56,590 nucleotides of DNA from the NCBI GenBank assembly GCA_964397855.1, contig CAYNKQ010000001.1, forward strand, positions 104,046 to 160,635, read 5' to 3'. The position numbers and the translations under genes are program-made. The notes under the pieces are model-generated. The model did no database searches. It was not told the DNA's origin and was given only the letters and a program-made list of their open reading frames with translations. This document shows, one piece after another, positions 42,679 through 51,396 of the stretch. The first letter of the stretch is position 1, and the number at the start of each line of letters is the position of its first letter. Source of the DNA: an uncultured Candidatus Saccharibacteria bacterium. Lineage in GTDB: Bacteria; Patescibacteriota; Saccharimonadia; Saccharimonadales; UBA7683.

Positions 42679-44016
42679 CTAGCTATAATCCATTCGATAC
42701 GTTATTCGTAGCGACTGTTGGTCGGTTTTTGTGATTGGACTTGGCAGCAGGGCTCTTGAGCCCATTCCATCGATTCGCAGCGTTTGCACCATGGTGCCCG
42801 TTGGATATGGATAGTAAGGAACGTTAGTGTTTGAGCCGTGAGTAGTTATAAGTCTGAGGGTGCTGTTTCCGCTGTAGTCAAAATAAGATGTCGATATATC
42901 CCCTTGATAGTAGTACCCTCGATTACCTTGGTAGAATGGCTGCATTGATATAAATGTGCCAGTGCTTTGTCCCGACAGGTTAAACACACTACACGCTAGT
43001 TGGCCAGAACCGTCGTAGACACCCCGTCCCAAAATGTAGAGGAGGCTTCGTTCTATGTCGTAGGCGATGTCACATACGTTTGCGGTTCCCGGAGAGATTG
43101 CGCCCGGATACGCGTTAAATTCTGACACGTCACCACCGGACGTATTCAATCTGTGCACATGCCAGTCAGTATTGGATACACTTACGGTTGTCCAAAGTGT
43201 GGTGCCATCAAAAGTGAGCCCGCGATATTGCCTATCGGTGACGGAAACAGGGGCATCAATAAGTGTGCCGTTTTCGCTATATGATGCGATTTGATTATTG
43301 CTAATAACCCACAACTTGTTGTTACTACTATCCCACGCAATCCCGCGGATCGATATAGTCGTGAAGCTAGCTTGTTGATCCATGTTGGCATCATATTTTG
43401 TAACAGTTGTATTGGTTCCGGCAAACAGTAAATTATCATTAACATAAGCGATGGGCCGATTGGTTAGTGGCACTTGTTTAATACTGGTTGCAGTAGTACT
43501 TTTACGTATGTCGGTCGGGAAGTATAAGCGAGATTCTGTAATATCAGGGTTACTATTCCACGATACCGAACCGATAGTGCCATTGGCCGCGTGTGTTGGC
43601 CAGTCAAACACCCACTTTGTGTGGGTCTGAGTGGTTTCAGACAGCCCAGCGTTAGGTGTTCCACGCAGTGTGTTGGCACCCGAGTAAGTTTCTTTGGTGG
43701 CATACCCGGTGATTTTACCGGGAAATGACCACTCAGTGGCAGGATCTTCTGCTTGAACGGAATCAGTGAGGAGGATATTGGTAAAAACACTTGGGACTGC
43801 GTAGTCGGTATCAGAAGCTGCGTTCAGTGTACTGATTTGGTTTTTAAAATTAGTCCGCTGTAAGTATCGCAAATATTCTTTACCGTGGTTAGCTATAAAG
43901 TTGTGGTTTTCTTGTTTTTCAACAAGCTTGCCAGTTTTAGCGTCAAAAAGTTCAACGGTGACTGTACCTTTGATGTTATCAACAGCCTGACTGGTGTTTA
44001 AATTTTCCTCCAACAT
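42679..44016 (-). CDS. Tail-fibre/adhesin-like protein, paralog 1
   Basis: 445 aa with the same N-domain (HTKWVFDWPTHAANGTIGSVSW). C-domain units are IRGIAWDSSNNKLWVISNN, YRGLTFDGTTLWTTV and VCDIAYDIERSLLYILG. Confidence 0.75.
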   Translation of the reverse strand: MLEENLNTSQAVDNIKGTVTVELFDAKTGKLVEKQENHNFIANHGKEYLRYLQRTNFKNQISTLNAASDTDYAVPSVFTNILLTDSVQAEDPATEWSFPGKITGYATKETYSGANTLRGTPNAGLSETTQTHTKWVFDWPTHAANGTIGSVSWNSNPDITESRLYFPTDIRKSTTATSIKQVPLTNRPIAYVNDNLLFAGTNTTVTKYDANMDQQASFTTISIRGIAWDSSNNKLWVISNNQIASYSENGTLIDAPVSVTDRQYRGLTFDGTTLWTTVSVSNTDWHVHRLNTSGGDVSEFNAYPGAISPGTANVCDIAYDIERSLLYILGRGVYDGSGQLACSVFNLSGQSTGTFISMQPFYQGNRGYYYQGDISTSYFDYSGNSTLRLITTHGSNTNVPYYPYPTGTMVQTLRIDGMGSRALLPSPITKTDQQSLRITYRMDYS

Positions 44017-44041
44017 TACAATCTAGTATAGTCCATCAAGC

Positions 44042-45274
44042 TTATGTTGTCACGGTATCTGTTGGAATGCTGTCGTACTGATGCGAATCGTTGATTGTAA
44101 TAGTGGTGGGTGCGGTGCTGTCACCAAGAATGGTGTCAGTAGGGGTGGCCGCATAATTATAAGTGTCATTTACGGTGATAATTGGCACCGAGTTAGTTCC
44201 CGAATCGTTGGTGCTATCCACGGGAATAGTCGCATAGCTGTAGGTATCGTTAATTGTGATGGTGTAGAGAGAAAACGGTGCGTCGGCTTCGAGTATATCC
44301 GCAGGAATAGCCGCATAGTTATAAGTGTCATTTACGGTAATAACTGCTGGATCAAAAGCCTCACTAAGAAGGCTATCAAGTGGGGGTATAGCGTAGGGCG
44401 CGTAATCTTGCACGCTAATGGTAAGGGCAGAATCATCCTGAATAATAGGCTTTAGGCTGGTAGATTTTCCAGTTCCTTCTAGGCTGTGGTTAGAAAACGA
44501 AACCATAGTGCTTGGTGCCAGTAGTTGTTCGCGACTGCGTCTAAATGGGGCATAGGGATCTTGCCAGAGCTGCCAAATTTCAGATGTTGATATGGGCCGC
44601 TCCCACACGTAGAGGGGTCCAAGGGTGCCGCCAAGGGGCGTGTTTCCACCGGCGGTATTACCGAGATATATCCTATTAACGGTAGTCGCCTGTGTGCCGA
44701 TTCCGCTGTTGTGTGCGGTGTATGAGACAGGCTGATCTGGCGCAGACGTGAATCCTTGGTTAGTTCGAAGTTGTGCGGGCGGAAGATCGGAACCTTCATA
44801 TACGGCAACGACCATCATGAGGTTGCTGGTAGGAAAATCTGAGGTTGGGAGAATCGAATAGGCGTCAGCGGTATTATACTTTTGCCAGCTCCATATTCCC
44901 TGATTATCTGCCCAAGCTCTTGTATGAGCTTCGCTTGGACCTTGCAAGGTTAAAATGCTTTTTTCGGTGCCAGACGGGGCTGCGTCAAGCTTGACCCAGT
45001 ATACAAAAGACCACTGACCTGGTAGCGTTTTGTTAATGCTGCCACTTTGAGCACTGGCACCTGGTCCAAAATGAAGCGTAGCAAGGCCTGCTTGTCTCGT
45101 GTGAGTAGTGTTTTGTAGTGTAAGGTCGCCAGCACTTCCCCATGAGCCGTGATTTCGCAGTGTTGTACCACCTTCAAGCAGTGGGTACGCAAGCACGAGG
45201 CCGTTTGCTAGAAAACGTGATTTTTCATCAGCGAGCCGCAACGGCATAGTTGGCGGGGTAAGTCGGGTAGGCAT
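44042..45274 (-). CDS. LamG/concanavalin-like lectin-fold protein with four C-terminal tandem repeats
   Basis: WSFVYWVKLDAAPSG...MMVVAVYEG...NRIYLGN...GTLGPLYVWERPISTSEIWQLWQDPYAPF is typical of Laminin_G_3 domains in phage tail or baseplate proteins. The C-terminal repeats have the form IT[VI]ND[TS].[NSQ]Y...P.D. Confidence 0.75.
   Translation of the reverse strand: MPTRLTPPTMPLRLADEKSRFLANGLVLAYPLLEGGTTLRNHGSWGSAGDLTLQNTTHTRQAGLATLHFGPGASAQSGSINKTLPGQWSFVYWVKLDAAPSGTEKSILTLQGPSEAHTRAWADNQGIWSWQKYNTADAYSILPTSDFPTSNLMMVVAVYEGSDLPPAQLRTNQGFTSAPDQPVSYTAHNSGIGTQATTVNRIYLGNTAGGNTPLGGTLGPLYVWERPISTSEIWQLWQDPYAPFRRSREQLLAPSTMVSFSNHSLEGTGKSTSLKPIIQDDSALTISVQDYAPYAIPPLDSLLSEAFDPAVITVNDTYNYAAIPADILEADAPFSLYTITINDTYSYATIPVDSTNDSGTNSVPIITVNDTYNYAATPTDTILGDSTAPTTITINDSHQYDSIPTDTVTT
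44045..44350 (-). repeat. Four tandem coding repeats of about 26-28 aa (last one truncated)
   Basis: VITVNDTYNYAAIPADILEADAPFSLYT / ITINDTYSYATIPVDSTNDSGTNSVPI / ITVNDTYNYAATPTDTILGDSTAPTT / ITINDSHQYDSIPTDTVTT. In the DNA, compare ataattataagtgtcatttacggtgataat (about 44155) with atagttataagtgtcatttacggtaataac (about 44315). Confidence 0.85.
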
Positions 45275-45277
45275 ATC

Positions 45278-45769
45278 TTAATACTGGTACACAGTAAGGC
45301 TCAGATGTACATCGGTCGCCGCATTAAATGTTCCATGCTGAGTAAGGGTAACTAGGTAGCCGTATAACGAAGTAGAGTTGGTGGTGTATGTAAGGCCGAT
45401 CGCAGAAAGACTTGTCGCGCGGTTATTTACCAGTGTGGTTGGTCCTGGAAAAGAAACCGTACCTACGTAGTGCTGCATATCGCTATCTGAAAAGTTGGCG
45501 GCTGTTTTGTCGGTTGCTGGTGTTACTGGTTGTGAGAACAAGTAGAGATCAGTCGCACCTATAATATTGGCGTTATCAACCAAAGTTGCCGAAGTAATGG
45601 TAGAAAATCCACTTGTTGCACGGGTGGCATTCGTAAATTCAATTTGCCCACCCAGTTGGTTATTTGGTGTGTAGCTTGCACCACTGGTAGAAAGGCCATT
45701 AGTAGAGGCCGTCAAACGACGAACAATTGGCCTGGGGTCAACCGCATTTATGTTGGTAGAAAGTGCCAT
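45278..45769 (-). CDS. Hypothetical beta-rich protein (operon gene 2)
   Basis: 163-aa ORF, Thr/Ser/Asn-rich, with no TM or signal peptide. Its start overlaps the stop of gene 1 (TAATG). Confidence 0.65.
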   Translation of the reverse strand: MALSTNINAVDPRPIVRRLTASTNGLSTSGASYTPNNQLGGQIEFTNATRATSGFSTITSATLVDNANIIGATDLYLFSQPVTPATDKTAANFSDSDMQHYVGTVSFPGPTTLVNNRATSLSAIGLTYTTNSTSLYGYLVTLTQHGTFNAATDVHLSLTVYQY

Positions 45770-46101
45770 TAACTTACTTCCACTCCCGAAACAGTCACGG
45801 TCACTGCGGCAGCCGTACTGTTCCTACCATATAGCTGTGCACCAGTTGGCAGCACAATGCTGCAATCAAGTGTACTCATACCATGGGGCGGTATCCCGAG
45901 TTGAGACACGATGCGGTTAGAAGGCTGCGCGACACCACTTGGCGGTATAACATTAAGAGTGATAGTAGCCTCGTTATTGGTTGTATTTGTCATAACAATA
46001 TTTTTAACGATAATACTTTTTCCTGATGGTACTGTATAAAGAGTTCCACCGCTGTCTGGCGGAGTATTGGTTGGGTAGAAAACAGTTGGAATATAGGGCA
46101 T
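45769..46101 (-). CDS. Hypothetical small beta-rich protein (operon gene 1)
   Basis: 110-aa ORF. TLYTVPSGKSIIVKNIVMTNTTNNEATITLNV...LPTGAQLYG...VTVSGVEV resembles small proteins I recall from phage tail modules (unverified). Confidence 0.65.
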   Translation of the reverse strand: MPYIPTVFYPTNTPPDSGGTLYTVPSGKSIIVKNIVMTNTTNNEATITLNVIPPSGVAQPSNRIVSQLGIPPHGMSTLDCSIVLPTGAQLYGRNSTAAAVTVTVSGVEVS

Positions 46102-46190
46102 ATTATAGTGTTACCTGTGGATTATGACTCGTTAAGCTGTCAATTGCCTCGTATAAGTTATACTTAAAGCATAACCAAAAATACATCTAT

Positions 46191-47753
46191 ATGCAATTGA
46201 TCTACAGCCATCTCAAAAGAACGCGCTACATCTTGATAGCCGTATTGATACTAGGATTTCTAAGTCTCTGGCAGCCTGTAAGAGCCCAGTATGGCAGCGA
46301 TGCTTACGGTGCCTGTGCGTATGGCGAGGCCTGTCCAGAAGATCCGATAATAAAAGAAAAGCCTCCTGTGGTCACTCCAAATGAAACCACGCCACAATCT
46401 GCTCAATCAGAACCAAAGATCACAGAAGATTCACCAAGGGTAGTACAGAAGGGCGCTCCCGCCCACTGGTTCGCGCGGATATTTTCTCGTCTGTCTCCCA
46501 GCAATCAAACACTCTTGCCGTATTATCTTTGGATACTCCTCCTCATATTGGCAATCATCTTGTTGATCCAGGCGTATATAGATAGACACAGAGTAACCAA
46601 GCTGATAAAACAAGTCGAATCACTAGAGGCAGTAATTCACGAGCGTAAAAACTTTTTAAGGCTGGTATCCCATTACTTAAATACGCCACTGACTGCTATT
46701 AAAGGAGGACTAGAGTTGATGACTTCAACCAGTACAGTTGATTCCGCCGTCTTGCAGCCGCTACACGCGGCAGCCCTGGAGCTCACGGCTGTTGGGCAGC
46801 AGGCGCAGGCCGATGCTGCACTCGAAACTTCTTCAACTCAACAGGCCGACACGTCACCCCCAGGCCTGGGTAGTATACTGGGCAAGTGGTACTGCTTTAT
46901 TCCCATAATTGTTGCGCTTTTGCTAGGACTTGGCATCAACTATCTACTGGTGCATACCAATACGGTACAGCCAGCTCACGCTGCTATATATCAAGTAGCG
47001 GTCGCCATTATGTCAATCCTTATTTTCGTTAACGCGGCTAGAATGTTTACACTGGGGCGTACGCACAAAAAAATGCTCAACGTGCTTGCCAATAGTATCG
47101 CCGAGCTTAATAAAAAACGCGAGCTTGTGTTGCTTGAATTGAGCCAGTCACTTCATTCGCTTGTTACGAGGTTTAAGCAAGGCCTAGAGGGTCTTGCTGG
47201 TGAGAAGTCTGCTAAATATATTGCTGGAGGGGTCTTGGCCCTTGCAGATGTTAGTACTAAAACTCGTGCCGCAACAGGGTGGTTAAGCCCAGACGTTCAA
47301 GAGGTCAACGTCCGTGATCTTATGCAGTCGGCAGTCAATAAATACCAAGCTGAAGCTGACAATCGATCTATTACATCTAATATTCAATATAATATTGAAG
47401 GCTCGGTTGCGACTCATACTAATGACCTTAGCTTTATCATGGAGAATCTTGTAAGTAACGCTTTCGCATATAGCAAAGACAAAGGGGAAGTTGTGCTGGA
47501 GGTCGCTGAGTTCAAAAATCAACTGCGCATCACAGTTCGAGATAACGGCGTGGGTATGACTCACAGGCAAGTTGAAGAACTATTTCACCCGTTCGCAAAA
47601 GTTGGTGACGTGCTTACATTTGATCATTCAGGTATTGGCTTAGGGCTCTACGCAAGTAAACAGGCGGCAGAGCGTCTTGGCGGTGATATAACGGTTACAT
47701 CTAAAAAAGATGTTGGCACTGAGTTTGTTGCTGCGCTACCTATGCAAGTGTAA
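46191..47753 (+). CDS. Orphan membrane sensor histidine kinase
   Basis: Signal/TM segments, an H-box-like FLRLVSHYLNTPLTAIKGG, and HATPase_c boxes (ENLVSNAFAYS; VRDNGVGMT; GIGLGLYASKQAAERLGGDITVTS). No response regulator lies adjacent. Confidence 0.8.
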   Translation: MQLIYSHLKRTRYILIAVLILGFLSLWQPVRAQYGSDAYGACAYGEACPEDPIIKEKPPVVTPNETTPQSAQSEPKITEDSPRVVQKGAPAHWFARIFSRLSPSNQTLLPYYLWILLLILAIILLIQAYIDRHRVTKLIKQVESLEAVIHERKNFLRLVSHYLNTPLTAIKGGLELMTSTSTVDSAVLQPLHAAALELTAVGQQAQADAALETSSTQQADTSPPGLGSILGKWYCFIPIIVALLLGLGINYLLVHTNTVQPAHAAIYQVAVAIMSILIFVNAARMFTLGRTHKKMLNVLANSIAELNKKRELVLLELSQSLHSLVTRFKQGLEGLAGEKSAKYIAGGVLALADVSTKTRAATGWLSPDVQEVNVRDLMQSAVNKYQAEADNRSITSNIQYNIEGSVATHTNDLSFIMENLVSNAFAYSKDKGEVVLEVAEFKNQLRITVRDNGVGMTHRQVEELFHPFAKVGDVLTFDHSGIGLGLYASKQAAERLGGDITVTSKKDVGTEFVAALPMQV

Positions 47754-47775
47754 AGCTCTAGGTACTAAGTAATAG

Positions 47776-49041
47776 CTAGAACCCCGCTCTTAACCAATCA
47801 TCGAGGTTCCCGGCTGACATGCCAACAATAAGGTCTCCCTCAAGTTGGTGTTGTTTGAGCTTTTCCAGCAAACTCTGGTTTAGTTCCGTGATCTGTATTG
47901 CTGTGCTGTTTGTAGTAGATGCAATAAGTTCGTCGGGCTCTAGTGTGTCGAGGTCTTGATATTCTCGGCTAAGATAGGTTGGTAACCAGTAGACTTTTCT
48001 GGCATCTTCAAAACAGTTCTTATAGCCACCCTCGCTCATTATTTCGTGCTGACGTATATTTTGGTGTGGCTGATAGACTACGACAACCTTGGGGTTCAGT
48101 TCTCTGGCTAGCTCAATAGTCGCAGCAATTTCAATGGGATGATGTGCGTAGTCTGTGTAGACGTTCTCGTCAAGTTTTTCGAATCTTCGATTGGTTCCGG
48201 GGAACCTGTTAATCTGTGCGATAACTGATTCCGTTAAGGCACCTGGTGCAATCATTCCCATAGCCTGTACTGCAAGCCATGCATTTTTTCGCACGTGTTC
48301 ACCTGGTAGGGTAATAACAGATTGTCCACCGCTTTGTTCACCAAGTACGGTTATCGATTCATCCTCCGCCAGCTCAAGGTATTGAAAAGCCTGATTCCAT
48401 AAGATGTTGTGTTCACTCTGTTTGGTAAACTGCTTAAAAGCATCTATGTAGTCGTCTTGAGTTGGGTAGGTATCTGGGTGGTCATAGTCAACAGATGGAA
48501 AGATGCTGAGATGTGGTTTGAAATCAAGAAAGTTTCTGTCAAATTCATCACATTCATATATGAAATACTGTGAACCTGGCTGGTGCTGTGCTGGTGGCCC
48601 AAAGCTGATACTTGTTCCAATTGAGTAGCTAACAGGGATATCAAGTTTTTTGAATAACCAGACTAGCATGCCAGTTGTAGTTGTCTTGCCGTGTGTTCCA
48701 GACACAGCAACAAGCTTTAAATCGTTTTCTCTCATAATGTGGTTAAGAAATTCAGATCGTTTACTACGTTTAATTTTGTGCTTGTCGATGAAAGTTAGTT
48801 CAGGATGGTCGAGAGGGAGCGCAGAGGAGTGTACAAACCAGTCGATAGCACTGTCTTCATGTACCCTTGCAATTTCCGATTCGTCTTGGCCAATGTGTAT
48901 ATTGGCACCACGTACTTCAAGCAGTGCTGTCATCTCGGTATTTTTTAGATCAGATCCGCTAACTTCGTAGCCGCAATCAAGCGCCAACATAGCGAGTGGG
49001 CCAATCCCAACACCGCCAATCCCTGAGAAGTATACATGCAT
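47776..49041 (-). CDS. murC: UDP-N-acetylmuramate--L-alanine ligase-like Mur ligase
   Basis: FSGIGGVGIGPLAMLALDCGYEVSGSD, VSGTHGKTTTTGML and DYAHHPIEIAATIE. At 421 aa it is somewhat short for MurC. Confidence 0.7.
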   Translation of the reverse strand: MHVYFSGIGGVGIGPLAMLALDCGYEVSGSDLKNTEMTALLEVRGANIHIGQDESEIARVHEDSAIDWFVHSSALPLDHPELTFIDKHKIKRSKRSEFLNHIMRENDLKLVAVSGTHGKTTTTGMLVWLFKKLDIPVSYSIGTSISFGPPAQHQPGSQYFIYECDEFDRNFLDFKPHLSIFPSVDYDHPDTYPTQDDYIDAFKQFTKQSEHNILWNQAFQYLELAEDESITVLGEQSGGQSVITLPGEHVRKNAWLAVQAMGMIAPGALTESVIAQINRFPGTNRRFEKLDENVYTDYAHHPIEIAATIELARELNPKVVVVYQPHQNIRQHEIMSEGGYKNCFEDARKVYWLPTYLSREYQDLDTLEPDELIASTTNSTAIQITELNQSLLEKLKQHQLEGDLIVGMSAGNLDDWLRAGF

Positions 49042-49112
49042 AGCAGTATTATCTGGTATTGAGATCTAAATATCAAATTGGTGATATACTAAGTTCAAAG
49101 GTTTAAACAAAA

Positions 49113-50315
49113 ATGATAAGAAAAGTGTTACACAGTATTATGGCACCGCGTCACCCATGGCGTAAGGTTACGTTTACTGAGCTGAGTGAAATGTACCTAG
49201 CGGTATTTTTACGAACCGTAGCCCTCACTATGGTCGGGGTTTTTGTACCCTTGTATCTGCTTAAAAATGGCTATAATTTTACCGATGTGCTTGGTTTCTA
49301 CGCCCTCTTTTATATATTTGGGATGTGCTACGACATCGCTGTTGCCCACTTAATTGCCCGGTTTGGCCCCAAGCATGTCATGCGGGTTAGCTTCTTACTG
49401 CAGGTCGTATTTTCGCTCCTTCTGGCAAACTTGCAGAGCATTCCATTCGCGGTACCTATCTTGGCTGTGATAGCATCACTTGCTTCAACCATGTACTTTA
49501 TGCCATATCATGTTGATTTTTCAAAAATAAAACATACAGAACATGGCGGTAAAGAACTCGGCTTTTTACAGGTAATGGAACGCATTGCATCAATAATTGG
49601 TCCAATAGGTGGGGGGCTTCTAGCTACCTTTGTGGCGCCGCAAGCTGCTTTTTGGGCTGCCGCAGCAGCAATGTTTTTTGCAACTATCATTTTAATGTTA
49701 ACTCCCGAACCCGTGCAAACACATCAGAAACTCCGTTTTCACGGGCTAAAACTGAGTAAAGAATGGCGTGACTACACTTCATTTGCAGCGATTTGTGTTG
49801 ATGGTACCGCAACAATTTCACTTTGGCCGGTATACTTGGCCGCTGTAGTCTTTGCGGGTGGGGCATACGTAAAAATAGGTGGAGTTGCCTCGCTGTCGGT
49901 ATTGGTGGCAGTTGTGGTTGCGGTACCCCTAGGAAAACTTCTGGATAACCAACGAGGCCATCTGATGATTCGGTACGGCACCGCAGTGAACGCAATTATT
50001 CATCTTAGTCGCCTGTCTGTTACTGGTGTCACGGGGGCGATTGCTGTCGCCGGAGTCAATGAGCCAGTGACTCTCGTGTATAAGATGGCATATCTAAAAG
50101 GATATTATGACGCTGCAGATGACCATCCTGGCTATCGAATTAGCTACATTACAGCTCACGAGATAGTGGCTGATGCAGCACGAGCATTTTTTTGGCTGAC
50201 TTTAGTAGTGGCAAGTCTCTTCTTTACGCCGTTTGTAACCTGTGCGGTTGGCTTCTGTATAGCCGCGGCTGCCTCAATGCTCATCCGTCTTGAACGCTTT
50301 AAAGCGATCCGTTAA
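49113..50315 (+). CDS. Polytopic membrane transporter, MFS-like
   Basis: 400 aa with about 10-12 predicted TM helices split into two halves by a loop near residue 200. No diagnostic motif was recognised. Confidence 0.5.
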   Translation: MIRKVLHSIMAPRHPWRKVTFTELSEMYLAVFLRTVALTMVGVFVPLYLLKNGYNFTDVLGFYALFYIFGMCYDIAVAHLIARFGPKHVMRVSFLLQVVFSLLLANLQSIPFAVPILAVIASLASTMYFMPYHVDFSKIKHTEHGGKELGFLQVMERIASIIGPIGGGLLATFVAPQAAFWAAAAAMFFATIILMLTPEPVQTHQKLRFHGLKLSKEWRDYTSFAAICVDGTATISLWPVYLAAVVFAGGAYVKIGGVASLSVLVAVVVAVPLGKLLDNQRGHLMIRYGTAVNAIIHLSRLSVTGVTGAIAVAGVNEPVTLVYKMAYLKGYYDAADDHPGYRISYITAHEIVADAARAFFWLTLVVASLFFTPFVTCAVGFCIAAAASMLIRLERFKAIR

Positions 50316-50336
50316 ATATTTGCTACAATAGTACTA

Positions 50337-50957
50337 ATGAATGGGTGGCAACAACACAGGTTTTTGCGTCATTGGCGTAAAAAACACATCAAGAACGGGT
50401 ATATAGTACTTTTGCTTGTAATATGCGTTGTGCTCAGTGTTTATCTTTTGCGCCAGAATAATCTTAAGATGGACCAGCTGCGCAACGAAGTCATTAAAGC
50501 AGATCAGTCGGGCGTTGATGTATCCGGTGCGCTTGTACGGCTAAATCATCACGTCTTTAACCATATGAATACACAGATAGTGCGCCCGGTAGAACTGGTA
50601 GAATCGTATAATCGGGCGGCCAAGGTAGCTATCGAAGATGCCAATAAAACGTCGGGCAGAGATGTATATGCCGAAGCAACAGCAGCATGCGAACGCAGAG
50701 GTGTGCCACTTGTAAGTATCGCGCAGTGTGCGGCTGACTATGCCACTATCAACAACCCAGGGGTAGGTTCACAAAAAATAAACTTACCGAACAAGAACCT
50801 TTTTACCCATACCTTCGCCACCCCACTATGGACGCCGGATGCAGCTGGAATATCATTAATTATAACAGTAGTAGTTTTGACTTGGATCACCCTGAGACTA
50901 CTGGAATATATCTTGGTCAGATTGATAGTTCGCCACCGACTCCGAAATACCTTCTAG
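50337..50957 (+). CDS. Bitopic membrane protein (N- and C-terminal TM), hypothetical
   Basis: TM GYIVLLLVICVVLSVYLL and TM ISLIITVVVLTWITL. The central domain has two Cys. Confidence 0.6.
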   Translation: MNGWQQHRFLRHWRKKHIKNGYIVLLLVICVVLSVYLLRQNNLKMDQLRNEVIKADQSGVDVSGALVRLNHHVFNHMNTQIVRPVELVESYNRAAKVAIEDANKTSGRDVYAEATAACERRGVPLVSIAQCAADYATINNPGVGSQKINLPNKNLFTHTFATPLWTPDAAGISLIITVVVLTWITLRLLEYILVRLIVRHRLRNTF

Positions 50958-51031
50958 ATACAATAGTGTTGACAACAGATGAGACCTGATCTAGTCTGGG
51001 GGTACGCGAACTAACTAAGGAGGATTAACTT

Positions 51032-51241
51032 ATGGCACAATATTCGCACACAAACTCAAAAGGTGTAACATACTACTTGTTCACTTCAGTCACAAAACTT
51101 CGTGGTGGCAAAGAACAGCGAATTTACTACTTTAGCAAGTCTGATACAAACGCTAAGGGCGAACCTTGTGATCTTCCAGATGATCGAAAAGTTGAAGAAA
51201 ACCCACGAAACGGTTTCCTCGTACTTAAGAAGAAAGTGTAA
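51032..51241 (+). CDS. Small conserved hypothetical protein (69 aa)
   Basis: A strong SD TAAGGAGG lies 8 nt upstream and a strong terminator lies immediately downstream. Sequence includes KGVTYYLF...RIYYFSK...LPDDRKVEENPRNGFLVLKKK. Confidence 0.7.
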   Translation: MAQYSHTNSKGVTYYLFTSVTKLRGGKEQRIYYFSKSDTNAKGEPCDLPDDRKVEENPRNGFLVLKKKV

Positions 51242-51256
51242 TCACACAATTTTCTA

Positions 51257-51284
51257 TAAAAACGCACCGCAAGGTGCGTTTTTA
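51257..51284 (+). terminator. Rho-independent terminator
   Basis: aaaaACGCACCgcaaGGTGCGTtttt is a perfect 7-bp stem with a GCAA loop, flanked by an A-run and a T-run, so it may act bidirectionally. Confidence 0.85.
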
Positions 51285-51361
51285 GTTGGTGCGCCCAGGA
51301 GGAGCACAGTGAGGTGTGTAGTATAACCATAAACTTGCAGGCCTTCAAAAATATGTTATGC

Positions 51362-51390
51362 TTGCATAATTTGACATTGCGTGATATAAT
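51362..51390 (+). promoter_or_regulatory. Sigma70-type promoter giving a leaderless transcript
   Basis: TTGCAT (51362-51367), a 17-nt spacer and TATAAT (51385-51390), 6 nt before ATG 51397. Confidence 0.65.
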
Positions 51391-51396
51391 ATAGCT

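Noticed and set aside
51285-51302. Possible second att-like copy of the tRNA 3' end
   Set aside because: Similarity to 56558-56578 is limited to TGGTG, GCC and AGGA with indels, which is not enough to call an att site. It is mentioned only as a candidate in the island finding.
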